DNA of 64,000 nt, taken from an uncultured Clostridia bacterium (GTDB lineage: Bacteria > Bacillota > Clostridia > Christensenellales > UBA1242). The notes below the pieces were generated by a model that did not search any database, was not told the origin of the DNA, and worked only from the letters and a program-made list of their open reading frames with translations. The translations under genes were made by a program, and so were the position numbers. Positions 33,810-43,093 of this stretch are shown here, piece by piece; within the stretch, counting starts at the first letter, position 1; the number at the start of each line of letters is the position of its first letter. The stretch spans positions 263,683 to 327,682 of the forward strand of contig CAKNGB010000001.1 of the NCBI GenBank assembly GCA_930971385.1, read 5' to 3'.

Positions 33810-35894
33810 ATGGCTACCGATTTAAGTATGGTTAGAAACGTTGGTATCATGGCGCACATCGACGCTGGTAAAACGACAACCACTGAAAGAATTCTTTTCT
33901 ACACTGGTAAAAGTCACAAAATCGGCGAAGTTCATGACGGCGAAGCCACAATGGACTGGATGGCTCAAGAGCAAGAAAGAGGAATTACTATCACTTCTGC
34001 CTGCACAACTTGCTATTGGAAAAACCATAAAATCAACATTATCGACACACCGGGACACGTTGACTTCACTGTTGAAGTTGAGCGTTCTTTGAAAGTTTTG
34101 GATGGCGCTGTGCTTGTTTTATCCGCGCGCGATAAGGTGCAACCACAAACTGAAACCGTTTGGCGTCAATCTCAAAAATATAAAGTTCCAACAATCATCT
34201 ATGTCAACAAAATGGACAGAGATGCTGCAGACTTTTTCGGCTGTGTGAAGAGTATTGAAGATAGACTTAAAACAAATCCACTTCCAATTCAAATGCCAAT
34301 CGGCTCGGCTGACACTTTCAGCGGAATTATTGACATTTTAACAATGAAAGCGGAAATTTATGAAGATGACCTTGGAAAAGTTTTTGATGTGACCGACATT
34401 CCAGCCGAATATAAGGCTGACGCTCAAAAACTTCACGATGAGGTTATTGAAAAAATTGTGGAAACTGATGATGCACTTCTTGCTAAGTATTTTGACGGCG
34501 AGGAAATCTCTATTGAGGAACTTAAAAAAGCAATCAGAAATGCCACAATTTCCAGAAAACTTACACCTGTTCTTTGCGGTTCTTCCTATAAGAATAAGGG
34601 TGTGCAGATGCTTTTGGATGCTATGGTTGAATATCTTCCATCTCCACTTGACATCGACCACATCGAAGGTATCAATCCAGAAACTGGCGAAAAGGAAACA
34701 AGAGCGCCAAGCGAGGATGCTCCATTTGCTGGGCTTGCCTTCAAAATTATGACAGACCCATTTGTTGGTCGTCTTGCCTTCTTCCGTGTGTATTCTGGAA
34801 AACTTGTTGCTGGAAGTTATGTTTATAACTCCAATAAGGGCGAAAAGGAAAGAGTGGGAAGACTCATTAGAATGCACGCAAATCAAAGAGAAGAAATTAA
34901 AGAGGTGGGTGCAGGTGACATCGCCGCTATTGTTGGACTTAAAGACACCATAACAGGCGAAACACTTTGCGACGAAAAGCACCCAATTCAACTTGAAAGC
35001 ATGGATTTCCCTGACCCAGTTATCAGGGTGGCAATTGAGCCAAAAACCAAACTTATGCAGGAAAAAATGGTGCTTGCACTTGTTAAACTTGCAGAAGAAG
35101 ACCCAACTTTCAAAACTTACACCGACCAAGAAACTGGTCAAACAATCATTGCTGGTATGGGCGAACTTCACCTTGAAATTATTGTTGACAGACTCCTTCG
35201 TGAATTTAAAGTGGAAGCGAATGTAGGCGCGCCACAAGTTGCATATAAGGAAACAATCAAAAAACCTGCTCATGCAGAAGGTAAGTTTGTTCGTCAAAGC
35301 GGTGGTAAAGGTCAATACGGTCACTGCGTTATCGACATCGAGCCAGTTCCAGCAGGAACACATCTTGAAGACGCTGAAAGATTTATTGATAAAACCGTGG
35401 GCGGTTCCATTCCAAAAGAATACATTCAACCAGTGTTCAACGGAATTAAAGAAGCGGCTAAAAACGGCGTTTTGGCTGGTTATGAAGTTGTTGACTATAA
35501 AGTGACACTTCTCGATGGTTCTTATCACGAAGTCGACTCGTCTGAAATGGCGTTCAAAATCGCTGGTTCCATGGCATTTAAGGATGCTTGCCTTAAAGCA
35601 GACCCATGCCTTCTTGAGCCTATCATGAAGGTGCAAGTGGAAGTGCCAGATGATTATTTGGGAACAGTTATGGGCAACATCACTTCTCGTCGTGGAATTT
35701 TAACGGGTAATGAAACCCGCCCAGGCGTGCAAGTTGTTAATGCTGAAGTGCCTCTTGGCGAAATGTTCGGCTATGCCACAGACCTTCGTTCTCAAACACA
35801 AGGCCGTGGAAACTTCACAATGGAATTCTTGAAATATTCAGAAGTTCCAAGAAATATTGCTGAGACTATCATCGGTCAACGCAAAAAAGCATAA
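33810..35894 (+). CDS. fusA: Elongation factor G
   Basis: Motifs AHIDAGKTT and DTPGHVDF, 694 aa. Confidence 0.97.
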   Translation: MATDLSMVRNVGIMAHIDAGKTTTTERILFYTGKSHKIGEVHDGEATMDWMAQEQERGITITSACTTCYWKNHKINIIDTPGHVDFTVEVERSLKVLDGAVLVLSARDKVQPQTETVWRQSQKYKVPTIIYVNKMDRDAADFFGCVKSIEDRLKTNPLPIQMPIGSADTFSGIIDILTMKAEIYEDDLGKVFDVTDIPAEYKADAQKLHDEVIEKIVETDDALLAKYFDGEEISIEELKKAIRNATISRKLTPVLCGSSYKNKGVQMLLDAMVEYLPSPLDIDHIEGINPETGEKETRAPSEDAPFAGLAFKIMTDPFVGRLAFFRVYSGKLVAGSYVYNSNKGEKERVGRLIRMHANQREEIKEVGAGDIAAIVGLKDTITGETLCDEKHPIQLESMDFPDPVIRVAIEPKTKLMQEKMVLALVKLAEEDPTFKTYTDQETGQTIIAGMGELHLEIIVDRLLREFKVEANVGAPQVAYKETIKKPAHAEGKFVRQSGGKGQYGHCVIDIEPVPAGTHLEDAERFIDKTVGGSIPKEYIQPVFNGIKEAAKNGVLAGYEVVDYKVTLLDGSYHEVDSSEMAFKIAGSMAFKDACLKADPCLLEPIMKVQVEVPDDYLGTVMGNITSRRGILTGNETRPGVQVVNAEVPLGEMFGYATDLRSQTQGRGNFTMEFLKYSEVPRNIAETIIGQRKKA

Positions 35895-35932
35895 GATTTT
35901 TAAAAATTTTTTGAAAATCATTGAAAATTGCT

Positions 35933-35960
35933 TTGAAAAAAAATAAATTTGTGCTATGAT
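35933..35960 (+). promoter_or_regulatory. Internal promoter for tuf
   Basis: TTGAAA (35933-35938), 16-nt spacer, TGcTATGAT extended -10 (35952-35960). Three tandem TTGAAAA units precede it. Confidence 0.6.
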
Positions 35961-35993
35961 AGCATAGTAGATTAAAAAAGGAGATTTTTAAAA

Positions 35994-37196
35994 ATGGCTA
36001 CAGAAAAATTTGATAGATCTAAACCACACGTTAACGTGGGAACAATCGGTCACGTTGACCATGGTAAAACAACCCTTACTGCTGCAATCACAACATATTG
36101 CGCATTAAGAGGCTTGGCTCAACAAATGAGATATGATGAAATTGATAAGGCTCCTGAAGAAAAAGCAAGAGGAATCACAATCAACACTGCTCACGTTGAG
36201 TATCAAACTGCTAAGCGTCACTACGCTCACGTAGACTGCCCAGGACACGCAGACTATGTTAAAAACATGATTACAGGTGCTGCACAAATGGACGGCGCTA
36301 TCCTTGTTGTTGCTGCAACTGATGGTCCTATGCCTCAAACAAGAGAGCATATCCTTCTTGCAAGACAGGTTGGCGTTCCATACATCGTTGTTTTCATGAA
36401 CAAAACCGATCAAGTTGACGATCCTGAACTTCTTGAACTCGTTGAAATGGAAGTTAGAGATTTGCTTAACGAATATGGTTTCCCAGGAGACACAACTCCA
36501 ATTATCAAAGGTTCTGCTCTTAAAGCATTGGAAGCAGCACAAGCAGGAAAGGCTGATGATCCAGCTTGCAAGTGCATTCAAGAACTTCTTGACGCTCTTG
36601 ATTCCTATATTCCAGAGCCAAAGAGAGATGTTGATAAACCTTTCTTAATGCCAGTTGAAGACGTTTTCACAATCACAGGTCGTGGAACTGTTGCAACAGG
36701 TAGAATTGAAAGAGGTGTTGTTAAACTTAACGACGTTGTTGAAATCGTTGGTCTTGGACAAAAGAAACAAACAGTTGTAACTGGTGTTGAAATGTTCAGA
36801 AAACTTCTTGACGAAGGTCGTGCAGGTGATAACGTTGGGCTTCTTCTTCGTGGTATCCAAAGAAACGAAATCGAGAAAGGTCAAGTTATCTGCAAACCAG
36901 GCTCAATTCATCCACACACAAAGTTCACTGCTGAAGTTTACGTGTTGAAGAAAGAGGAAGGCGGTCGTCACACACCATTCTTCAATGGCTACAGACCACA
37001 ATTCTATTTCAGAACAACTGACGTTACTGGAACAATCGAACTTGAACCAGGCGTTGAAATGGTTATGCCAGGCGATAACGTTAAGATGACAATCACTCTT
37101 ATTTCACCTATCGCTATCGAACAAGGACTTCGTTTCGCTATTCGTGAAGGCGGAAGAACTGTTGGTTCTGGTGTTGTTTCTTCAATTATCGAGTAA
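35994..37196 (+). CDS. tuf: Elongation factor Tu
   Basis: Motifs GHVDHGKTT and DCPGHADY, 400 aa. Confidence 0.98.
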   Translation: MATEKFDRSKPHVNVGTIGHVDHGKTTLTAAITTYCALRGLAQQMRYDEIDKAPEEKARGITINTAHVEYQTAKRHYAHVDCPGHADYVKNMITGAAQMDGAILVVAATDGPMPQTREHILLARQVGVPYIVVFMNKTDQVDDPELLELVEMEVRDLLNEYGFPGDTTPIIKGSALKALEAAQAGKADDPACKCIQELLDALDSYIPEPKRDVDKPFLMPVEDVFTITGRGTVATGRIERGVVKLNDVVEIVGLGQKKQTVVTGVEMFRKLLDEGRAGDNVGLLLRGIQRNEIEKGQVICKPGSIHPHTKFTAEVYVLKKEEGGRHTPFFNGYRPQFYFRTTDVTGTIELEPGVEMVMPGDNVKMTITLISPIAIEQGLRFAIREGGRTVGSGVVSSIIE

Positions 37197-37314
37197 TTGA
37201 AAATAAATATAAATAGAGCAATTTTATTTGTATCGAAACAATAAGTTATTTAATCATAACTTTCACAAAGTGTAAAACTTTGTTTCCAATTTAATTATTA
37301 TTAAGCAAAGAAAA

Positions 37315-37361
37315 GGCTTTCTGGCATAGGTTGCGCGCCCTATGCTTGAGAGTCTTTTTTT
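37315..37361 (+). terminator. Intrinsic terminator of the str/tuf operon
   Basis: Long imperfect hairpin GGCTTTCTGGCATAGG-N7-CCTATGCTTGAGAGTC followed by T7. Confidence 0.75.
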
Positions 37362-37488
37362 GTTGCTTTATATTTTAATGCTTTTTCAACTTAAAGATTA
37401 AATTGGTTTTAGACAATTTAAATTTTATGTTAAATTGGGTTGTATAGATGTTAATTTTAATATTTTTCATCTATTTGTCGAAAAAGTC

Positions 37489-37516
37489 TTGACAATGCGA
37501 TTTTTTATGATAAAAT
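37489..37516 (+). promoter_or_regulatory. Sigma-A promoter of the 662-aa ORF
   Basis: TTGACA (37489-37494), 16-nt spacer, TGaTAAAAT (37508-37516). Confidence 0.75.
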
Positions 37517-37533
37517 TAGTTTAAGGAGTTGTT

Positions 37534-39522
37534 ATGTTGAGTGTGATTGCAACCAAAACAGACCTCTATGCTTTTGCTAAAAAATATTTTAATCTTTTGC
37601 CAGATGAGGTGGATGCTTTTATTCGCTCGAACAGCAACAAAACCAAGGATATTTATAGGCGACTTGACAGTGTTTTAACAGCACTTGAAAAATATTTGGA
37701 CTCGTATTCCTCTGTTGTTTCCATCGACCATAAGAAAAAAGTGGGAAGAGTGATTTTTCAAAAATTAAATTTTAAATCTTTCAATGAAGATTGCGAAAGG
37801 TCATATCAACGAATTAACAGCCTTTTTCATGATATGACGGCGCGCGGTATCAATCCTTATGAAATGGTGTATTCGGCTGTTCTAACTAATGGCGAAGTGT
37901 TTTTGGATGAAGATGGGAATTTTTCTAAACTGAAAGAAGAAAATGAACAGTTTAATTCAGTTTTTCCAACAATTGCAAAAACCCTTGGCGTTGAAGATAA
38001 AAAAGTTATTTCCATGTATGAAAGATGTTCTTCGCTTATCTATAAGGCGGATAAAATTAAAGTAAAGAAAAACTTTGAACTTCTAAAGAATTTTAAAACT
38101 AAACAAGGGCAACTTTTTAATAACATCGAGGTGGTGGATATATTCATCAACAACCCATCCTTATTCACTTTAAGCCCTAAATCTGTTGAACTTGCTTATA
38201 ACCATATTGTCAATCGTGCCAGCATTTACATCTATGACCACTACGAAAAAACGGGCGAAAAATTGTCGCTTAAAGAAACTTTGCGAAATTGGATATCGAA
38301 AAATTCCTCGCTTTTATCGATAAATGTTGCAGAAATTAAGAGAAAAGAAAACGCACTGACCAACTGTTTTAAATCTTATTACAAAGAGGAAGAGGCGGAT
38401 GAGATTATTTTTAATTTGTTTTATAATCCAACCAATCTTGCTTGTGTAAACAAAATTTCAAAAGAGAATTTCTTTGGAGTTAGTTTTAATTATTGGAATG
38501 TTGTTGGGCTTATTCACGATTATCTTGGCGAGGAACTTTCCTTTGAGGCTTTGAAAAAGGCAAGGCAAATTTATGGCGTTAATGCACAAAAACTTAAAAG
38601 TCTTTTCATAGACTTGCACAAGGCGGGTGTTGAAAAGGAAAAAGTTGCTGGAAAACTTGACGCAATTGTGTCATATTTCGACAAATTTTATAACGCTGAG
38701 ATTGTGGAGAAGATTAAAAATAATAACATCCTTCTTTCAATCAAACTTTATAACATGACAAAGCGTGAGATTGCTCAAAAATTTTACGAAGTTTTTGCTG
38801 GTAAAAATAACGAAGAGATGTTCGACAAGTTTTTAACGCTTTTGCACTTGAATTATCGACACGAAGAACTTGCTGAATATAGCGATGAGGTGACTAAAGA
38901 AATTGATGAACTTATAGACCTATTTGGCTTGCGAGAAAAACGCGATTTGCATGAAATTTTAAAGAATCGCGACAACCGTGTTAAAATTGCCACAAAATCT
39001 GAGGTTTTGATGGGGAAAATCTATACCTACATCGGAAATATGTGCGCTCTTTACAATAAGGAAAGTGGCGAAGAGGTGGACGAAATCACCCAAAAATTTG
39101 AAAGCGATGTTAAGAATTTATATGATTCCATTGAAACTTCCTTTCAAAAAGGCATTGCAAAAGCGAAAACTATATACCGAAACCCAGAAGAACTTTACGA
39201 AACCTTTAAAGAAAATTCCATCCACAAAATTGACCTAAACAATTTGCCAAGAAAAAAGCTTGACGGCATTGTTAAAAAATTTGATGACGAACTTTTGAAA
39301 CCGCTTTCAACCGCTTTAACTGAAAACCAATTTTTGCAAGGAAATTCCTATCAAATGAGTATATTTGATTTGCAAGATGTGGAAGATAAAACTGTGAATT
39401 TGCCTTGTTCAAGCACGGACAGCGAAATTTCAAAATTTATGGAAAAACGCAAAAAAGATTTTAAACAAATGGCAAGAATTATGAATTGCTATTCAAAAGC
39501 GGAAGAAATTAGAATTTTATAG
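37534..39522 (+). CDS. Orphan 662-aa helical-repeat protein (possibly mTERF-like repeats)
   Basis: RBS is TAAGGAG. Recurrent segments of about 30-35 aa resemble NNPSLFTLSPKSVELAYNHI, SKNSSLLSINVAEIKRKENAL and ERCSSLIYKADKIKVKKNFELL. No TM segment and no catalytic motif was seen. Confidence 0.7.
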   Translation: MLSVIATKTDLYAFAKKYFNLLPDEVDAFIRSNSNKTKDIYRRLDSVLTALEKYLDSYSSVVSIDHKKKVGRVIFQKLNFKSFNEDCERSYQRINSLFHDMTARGINPYEMVYSAVLTNGEVFLDEDGNFSKLKEENEQFNSVFPTIAKTLGVEDKKVISMYERCSSLIYKADKIKVKKNFELLKNFKTKQGQLFNNIEVVDIFINNPSLFTLSPKSVELAYNHIVNRASIYIYDHYEKTGEKLSLKETLRNWISKNSSLLSINVAEIKRKENALTNCFKSYYKEEEADEIIFNLFYNPTNLACVNKISKENFFGVSFNYWNVVGLIHDYLGEELSFEALKKARQIYGVNAQKLKSLFIDLHKAGVEKEKVAGKLDAIVSYFDKFYNAEIVEKIKNNNILLSIKLYNMTKREIAQKFYEVFAGKNNEEMFDKFLTLLHLNYRHEELAEYSDEVTKEIDELIDLFGLREKRDLHEILKNRDNRVKIATKSEVLMGKIYTYIGNMCALYNKESGEEVDEITQKFESDVKNLYDSIETSFQKGIAKAKTIYRNPEELYETFKENSIHKIDLNNLPRKKLDGIVKKFDDELLKPLSTALTENQFLQGNSYQMSIFDLQDVEDKTVNLPCSSTDSEISKFMEKRKKDFKQMARIMNCYSKAEEIRIL

Positions 39523-39552
39523 CAAAATATTTTGATTATTACATCATTTCAT

Positions 39553-39581
39553 TTGCAAAATTTTGGAATTTAAGATATAAT
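39553..39581 (+). promoter_or_regulatory. Candidate promoter for frr
   Basis: TTGCAA (39553-39558), 17-nt spacer, TATAAT (39576-39581). Confidence 0.6.
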
Positions 39582-39602
39582 TAACTGAATAAGGAGAATT
39601 TT

Positions 39603-40169
39603 ATGAACGAAATGGTTGATGATATATTTTCATCATTGAAACAAGACCTTGAAAAAGCATATTCTCATCAGCAAAGTGAATATCTTGTTATAAGGGCGGG
39701 CAGAGCAAATCCTCACATCTTAGATAAGGTTATGGTCGAGTATTACGGCGTGATGACACCAATCACTCAAATGGGAACAATCTCAGTTTCTGAAGCGCGC
39801 ATTTTGAACATCAACATTTGGGACCAAAGCCAAATTAAAAATGTTATGAAGGCAATCTCTCAGGCGGATATTGGCATCACACCAACTGACGATGGCAAAA
39901 CCATCAGGCTTGTTTTTCCAATGCTAACGGAAGAAAGGCGTAAAGAAATCGTTAAGAATGTTAAGAAAATTTGCGAGGAAACAAAAATAACCATGCGAAA
40001 TGCTAGACGCGACGCGCTTGATATGCTTAAAGACCTTAAGAAAGACGGAACTTTGTCGGAGGATGAACTTAGCCAAAGCGAAAAAGAAGTGCAAAAGATG
40101 ATTGATAAATACACTTCTCTTGCCGACAGTTTGGCATCGAGTAAAGAAGACGAGGTTATGAAGGTTTAA
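39603..40169 (+). CDS. frr: Ribosome recycling factor
   Basis: Strings RAGRANPHILDKV and PMLTEERRKE, 188 aa. Confidence 0.95.
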   Translation: MNEMVDDIFSSLKQDLEKAYSHQQSEYLVIRAGRANPHILDKVMVEYYGVMTPITQMGTISVSEARILNINIWDQSQIKNVMKAISQADIGITPTDDGKTIRLVFPMLTEERRKEIVKNVKKICEETKITMRNARRDALDMLKDLKKDGTLSEDELSQSEKEVQKMIDKYTSLADSLASSKEDEVMKV

Positions 40170-40180
40170 TTAGGAGTTAT

Positions 40181-40876
40181 ATGAAAATACCAACAGTTTT
40201 ACCTGCACATATCGCTTTTATTATGGACGGAAATCGCAGATGGGCAAAAAGGCGTGTATTAAGTAAGTTTTACGGACATAAAAAAGGGGCAGATACTCTT
40301 GTTGATTTGATAAAATTTCTAAGTGAGATTAAGGGAATTAAATATGCTTCGTTTTTCGCCTTTTCCACGGAAAATTGGAATCGAGAAGAGAAGGAAATTG
40401 AGGCAATTTTTAACATCGTTGAAGAAATGTTAGGTGTTTATGAAAAAGATTTCCTTAATTTAAACATAAAGTTTGTTGCCATGGGCGATATTTCGCGTTT
40501 TCCTGAAAATTTGAGAGAGAAGATTATAAAAATTGTGGAAAATAGCAAAAATAATAGTGGTCTTGTGGTCAACCTTGCCTTAAACTATGGCGGAAGAGAT
40601 GACATTGTGCAGGCGGTTAACAAAGCAATCAAAAGTGGTAAAAAAGAAATCACAAGCGACGATATTTTGAAGAACCTTTATTCCTATCCTGCGCCAGACA
40701 TCGATTTTATGATAAGAACCAGCGGAGAGGAAAGAATTTCAAATTTTATGCTATACTCTCTTGCATACAGCGAACTTTATTTTCCCAAAGTTTGTTGGCC
40801 AGCATTCACAAAAAAACAACTTGTTAAAGCGCTTAAAGTTTATTCTAAGCGAAACAGAAGATTTGGAGGAAATTAA
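40181..40876 (+). CDS. uppS: Undecaprenyl-diphosphate synthase (cis-prenyltransferase)
   Basis: Strings HIAFIMDGNRRWAK, FSTENWNR and RTSGEERISNF. Confidence 0.93.
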   Translation: MKIPTVLPAHIAFIMDGNRRWAKRRVLSKFYGHKKGADTLVDLIKFLSEIKGIKYASFFAFSTENWNREEKEIEAIFNIVEEMLGVYEKDFLNLNIKFVAMGDISRFPENLREKIIKIVENSKNNSGLVVNLALNYGGRDDIVQAVNKAIKSGKKEITSDDILKNLYSYPAPDIDFMIRTSGEERISNFMLYSLAYSELYFPKVCWPAFTKKQLVKALKVYSKRNRRFGGN

Positions 40877-41841
40877 TGAAAAAAAGAATATTTTCATCTG
40901 TGCTTATCGTGCTTTTAATAGCCATCCTGTTTGTGTTAAAAATATTCGTTAGTGACTACTTTTTTGACGCATTTTTCGGCATAATTGCCTGCCTTGCAGG
41001 GTTTGAAATGTCTAAACTTCTTTCAAAGGCAAGGCTATATAATTTTCAAATTTTATCAGTGGTTTTTCCTGTGGTCATAATGGGAATTAACATTGGTTTT
41101 TCCTATCTTGCAGGCGCACAAAGCGATATTTTGTTTGTTTTGTGGGCAATTTTAATTGACTTTGCAGTTATGCTTGTGACACTTCTTGGCGCTTTTCTCA
41201 TCCAACTTATGAGAAGAAAAAAAGTTATTGAAGAAATGACAACAAGAGGAGTGAAAAACATTTCCACCACAAAATTCATCTTGAAAAAATGCATCAACAC
41301 TTTGATTGTGTTTATTTATCCTGCATTTTTCTTCCTCTTCATGATTTTCATCAATCATATGAACGAACTTCCACTTGAAGTATTTGCAAATGTCAGCGTG
41401 GACTTCTCAATATTTATTTTGCTTACCGCTCTTTTAATTCCAATGTTTGCCGACACTTTTGCTATGCTTATGGGCTCGCTTATTGGCGGAAAAAAGATGT
41501 GCCCAAAAATCAGCCCAAACAAAACAATTTCAGGTGCTGTTGGCGGAGCAGTTTGGACGCTTCTTTTGATGACCTGCGTTTATCTTATTTTTGTTAATAT
41601 CGTTGGGTTCGACTTTATGTGGTCAAGTTTTCCAATTTGGGCATATTTGATTGTTGTTCTTTTTGGGATTGCCGTGGCAATTGGTGGAGATTTGTTTGAG
41701 TCTATTTTAAAGCGTAGGGCGGGCGTTTCCGACAGTGGTCGAATGATTCCTGGTCACGGCGGTATGCTTGACAGAATCGATTCATACATCTTTATGGCGC
41801 CATACATTTTGCTGGCGTTTTGGATTATCGCTCTTTGCTAA
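40876..41841 (+). CDS. cdsA: Phosphatidate cytidylyltransferase
   Basis: Strings SPNKTISGAVGG and IPGHGGMLDRIDS. Polytopic membrane protein. Confidence 0.9.
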   Translation: MKKRIFSSVLIVLLIAILFVLKIFVSDYFFDAFFGIIACLAGFEMSKLLSKARLYNFQILSVVFPVVIMGINIGFSYLAGAQSDILFVLWAILIDFAVMLVTLLGAFLIQLMRRKKVIEEMTTRGVKNISTTKFILKKCINTLIVFIYPAFFFLFMIFINHMNELPLEVFANVSVDFSIFILLTALLIPMFADTFAMLMGSLIGGKKMCPKISPNKTISGAVGGAVWTLLLMTCVYLIFVNIVGFDFMWSSFPIWAYLIVVLFGIAVAIGGDLFESILKRRAGVSDSGRMIPGHGGMLDRIDSYIFMAPYILLAFWIIALC

Positions 41842-41931
41842 TAAAAGTTGAAATTTGGCGTAAAAGTTTTACTTATTCTTTTAAATTTTGATATAAACAT
41901 AGGAAGGAAAAATTTGCTTTAAGGTATTTTT

Positions 41932-43056
41932 ATGATAACTTTCCTTTATATTCTTCTTGCGATTGTGGTGCTTCTTTTCATGGTTCTTGTGCATGAACTT
42001 GGGCATTATATTGCAGGAAAAATCCTTAAATTTAAAATCACAGAGTTTTCAATAGGCTTTGGCAAGGCTATCTTTTCGCATACGTCAAAAAAGACTGGCG
42101 AAAAGTTTTCTTTTCGCATTTTTCCACTTGGTGGGTATTGCTCTTTTTATGGCGAGGATGAGGACGGCAAAGGCGACGAACAGTCGTTCAACAATCAAAA
42201 ACCTTGGAAAAGGATAATTGTTTTTTTTGCTGGCGTCACCATGAATTTTATAACCGCCATCATTTTTTCTTGGATACTTCTTTGCACGGTCGGCTATGAT
42301 GTGCCACAAATTGTGAATTTTAGCCAAGAAATCAATGTTGGCGTCTTTGAAAAGGGCGATGTTATCACTCATATTGACGGAAGAAAGATTGACTTTGCTT
42401 TCGGCGAAAATTTTGTCGACTTAATTAACGAACAAAAAAGTGAAGCTAAATCTTTTTATGAAAGTGAAGATTACATTGCTGGGCAAGAATATCCTCCTTT
42501 TTCCATGACAGTCGAACGTAATGGTGAAGTTAAAGAATTGTTGGTTGAAGTTTTGCCTTATGAAAAAACTATAACTAATGACGACGGCACAACTTCCACA
42601 GAAACGGTGTATGTTATGGGGCTTGAAAGTGACCTTGTTGGCAGTGCTTGCACAACGGCATATAAATATGGTTTCTTTGACGGACTTGGGCGGGCTTTTC
42701 CAATGGCGTTCGGCTTTGCTTGGGTGGTGCTTAAAAGTTTGTGGCTTTTAATAACTTTTCAAATTCCTATCACAGAAATGGGAGGAACAATAACCACGAT
42801 TGCCACAATGGCAGAATACACACAACTCAATCCTGCCAATCTTCTAATTTTCATTCCGCTGATTTCCGCTAACCTTGCCGTGTTTAACATTTTGCCATTT
42901 CCAGCTCTAGACGGCGCACACGTGTTGTTCACAACAATAGAGTGGATTCGAGGTAAACCAATCGACAGAAAAGTGGAGAACACCATTCATTTTGTTGGGC
43001 TTTGCGTGTTGTTTGCTTTTGTGATAATTGTCGATATTTTGCATTTTGTGCTTTAA
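41932..43056 (+). CDS. rseP: RIP site-2 zinc metalloprotease (RseP/RasP family)
   Basis: HELGHY in TM1 and NILPFPALDG near the C-terminus. Confidence 0.88.
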   Translation: MITFLYILLAIVVLLFMVLVHELGHYIAGKILKFKITEFSIGFGKAIFSHTSKKTGEKFSFRIFPLGGYCSFYGEDEDGKGDEQSFNNQKPWKRIIVFFAGVTMNFITAIIFSWILLCTVGYDVPQIVNFSQEINVGVFEKGDVITHIDGRKIDFAFGENFVDLINEQKSEAKSFYESEDYIAGQEYPPFSMTVERNGEVKELLVEVLPYEKTITNDDGTTSTETVYVMGLESDLVGSACTTAYKYGFFDGLGRAFPMAFGFAWVVLKSLWLLITFQIPITEMGGTITTIATMAEYTQLNPANLLIFIPLISANLAVFNILPFPALDGAHVLFTTIEWIRGKPIDRKVENTIHFVGLCVLFAFVIIVDILHFVL

Positions 43057-43058
43057 AC

Positions 43059-43087
43059 TTGACAAAAGATGAAAAATAATCTAAAAT
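43059..43087 (+). promoter_or_regulatory. Consensus promoter placing the exonuclease ATG at about +7 (leaderless)
   Basis: TTGACA (43059-43064), 17-nt spacer, TAAAAT (43082-43087). The ATG is at 43094 with no SD. Confidence 0.65.
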
Positions 43088-43093
43088 GAAAGC

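Noticed and set aside
34338-35636. A 432-aa stop-free ORF on the minus strand, entirely antisense to fusA.
   Set aside because: It lies wholly inside a gene whose product is unmistakably EF-G. Its translation is low-complexity (F/K/N/C/H-rich) with no RBS or promoter. Long shadow frames are expected opposite highly codon-biased genes. The same reasoning applies to 36105-36581 (antisense to tuf), 17765-18325 (antisense to ileS), 47702-48286 and 48614-49012 (antisense to infB), and 32406-32771 / 32872-33276 (antisense to rpsL/rpsG).
35895-35993. Three tandem TTGAAAA(T) units between fusA and tuf considered as a repeat element.
   Set aside because: They are short and A/T-rich and lie immediately upstream of a plausible tuf internal promoter. 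They are more simply read as UP-element-like promoter context.
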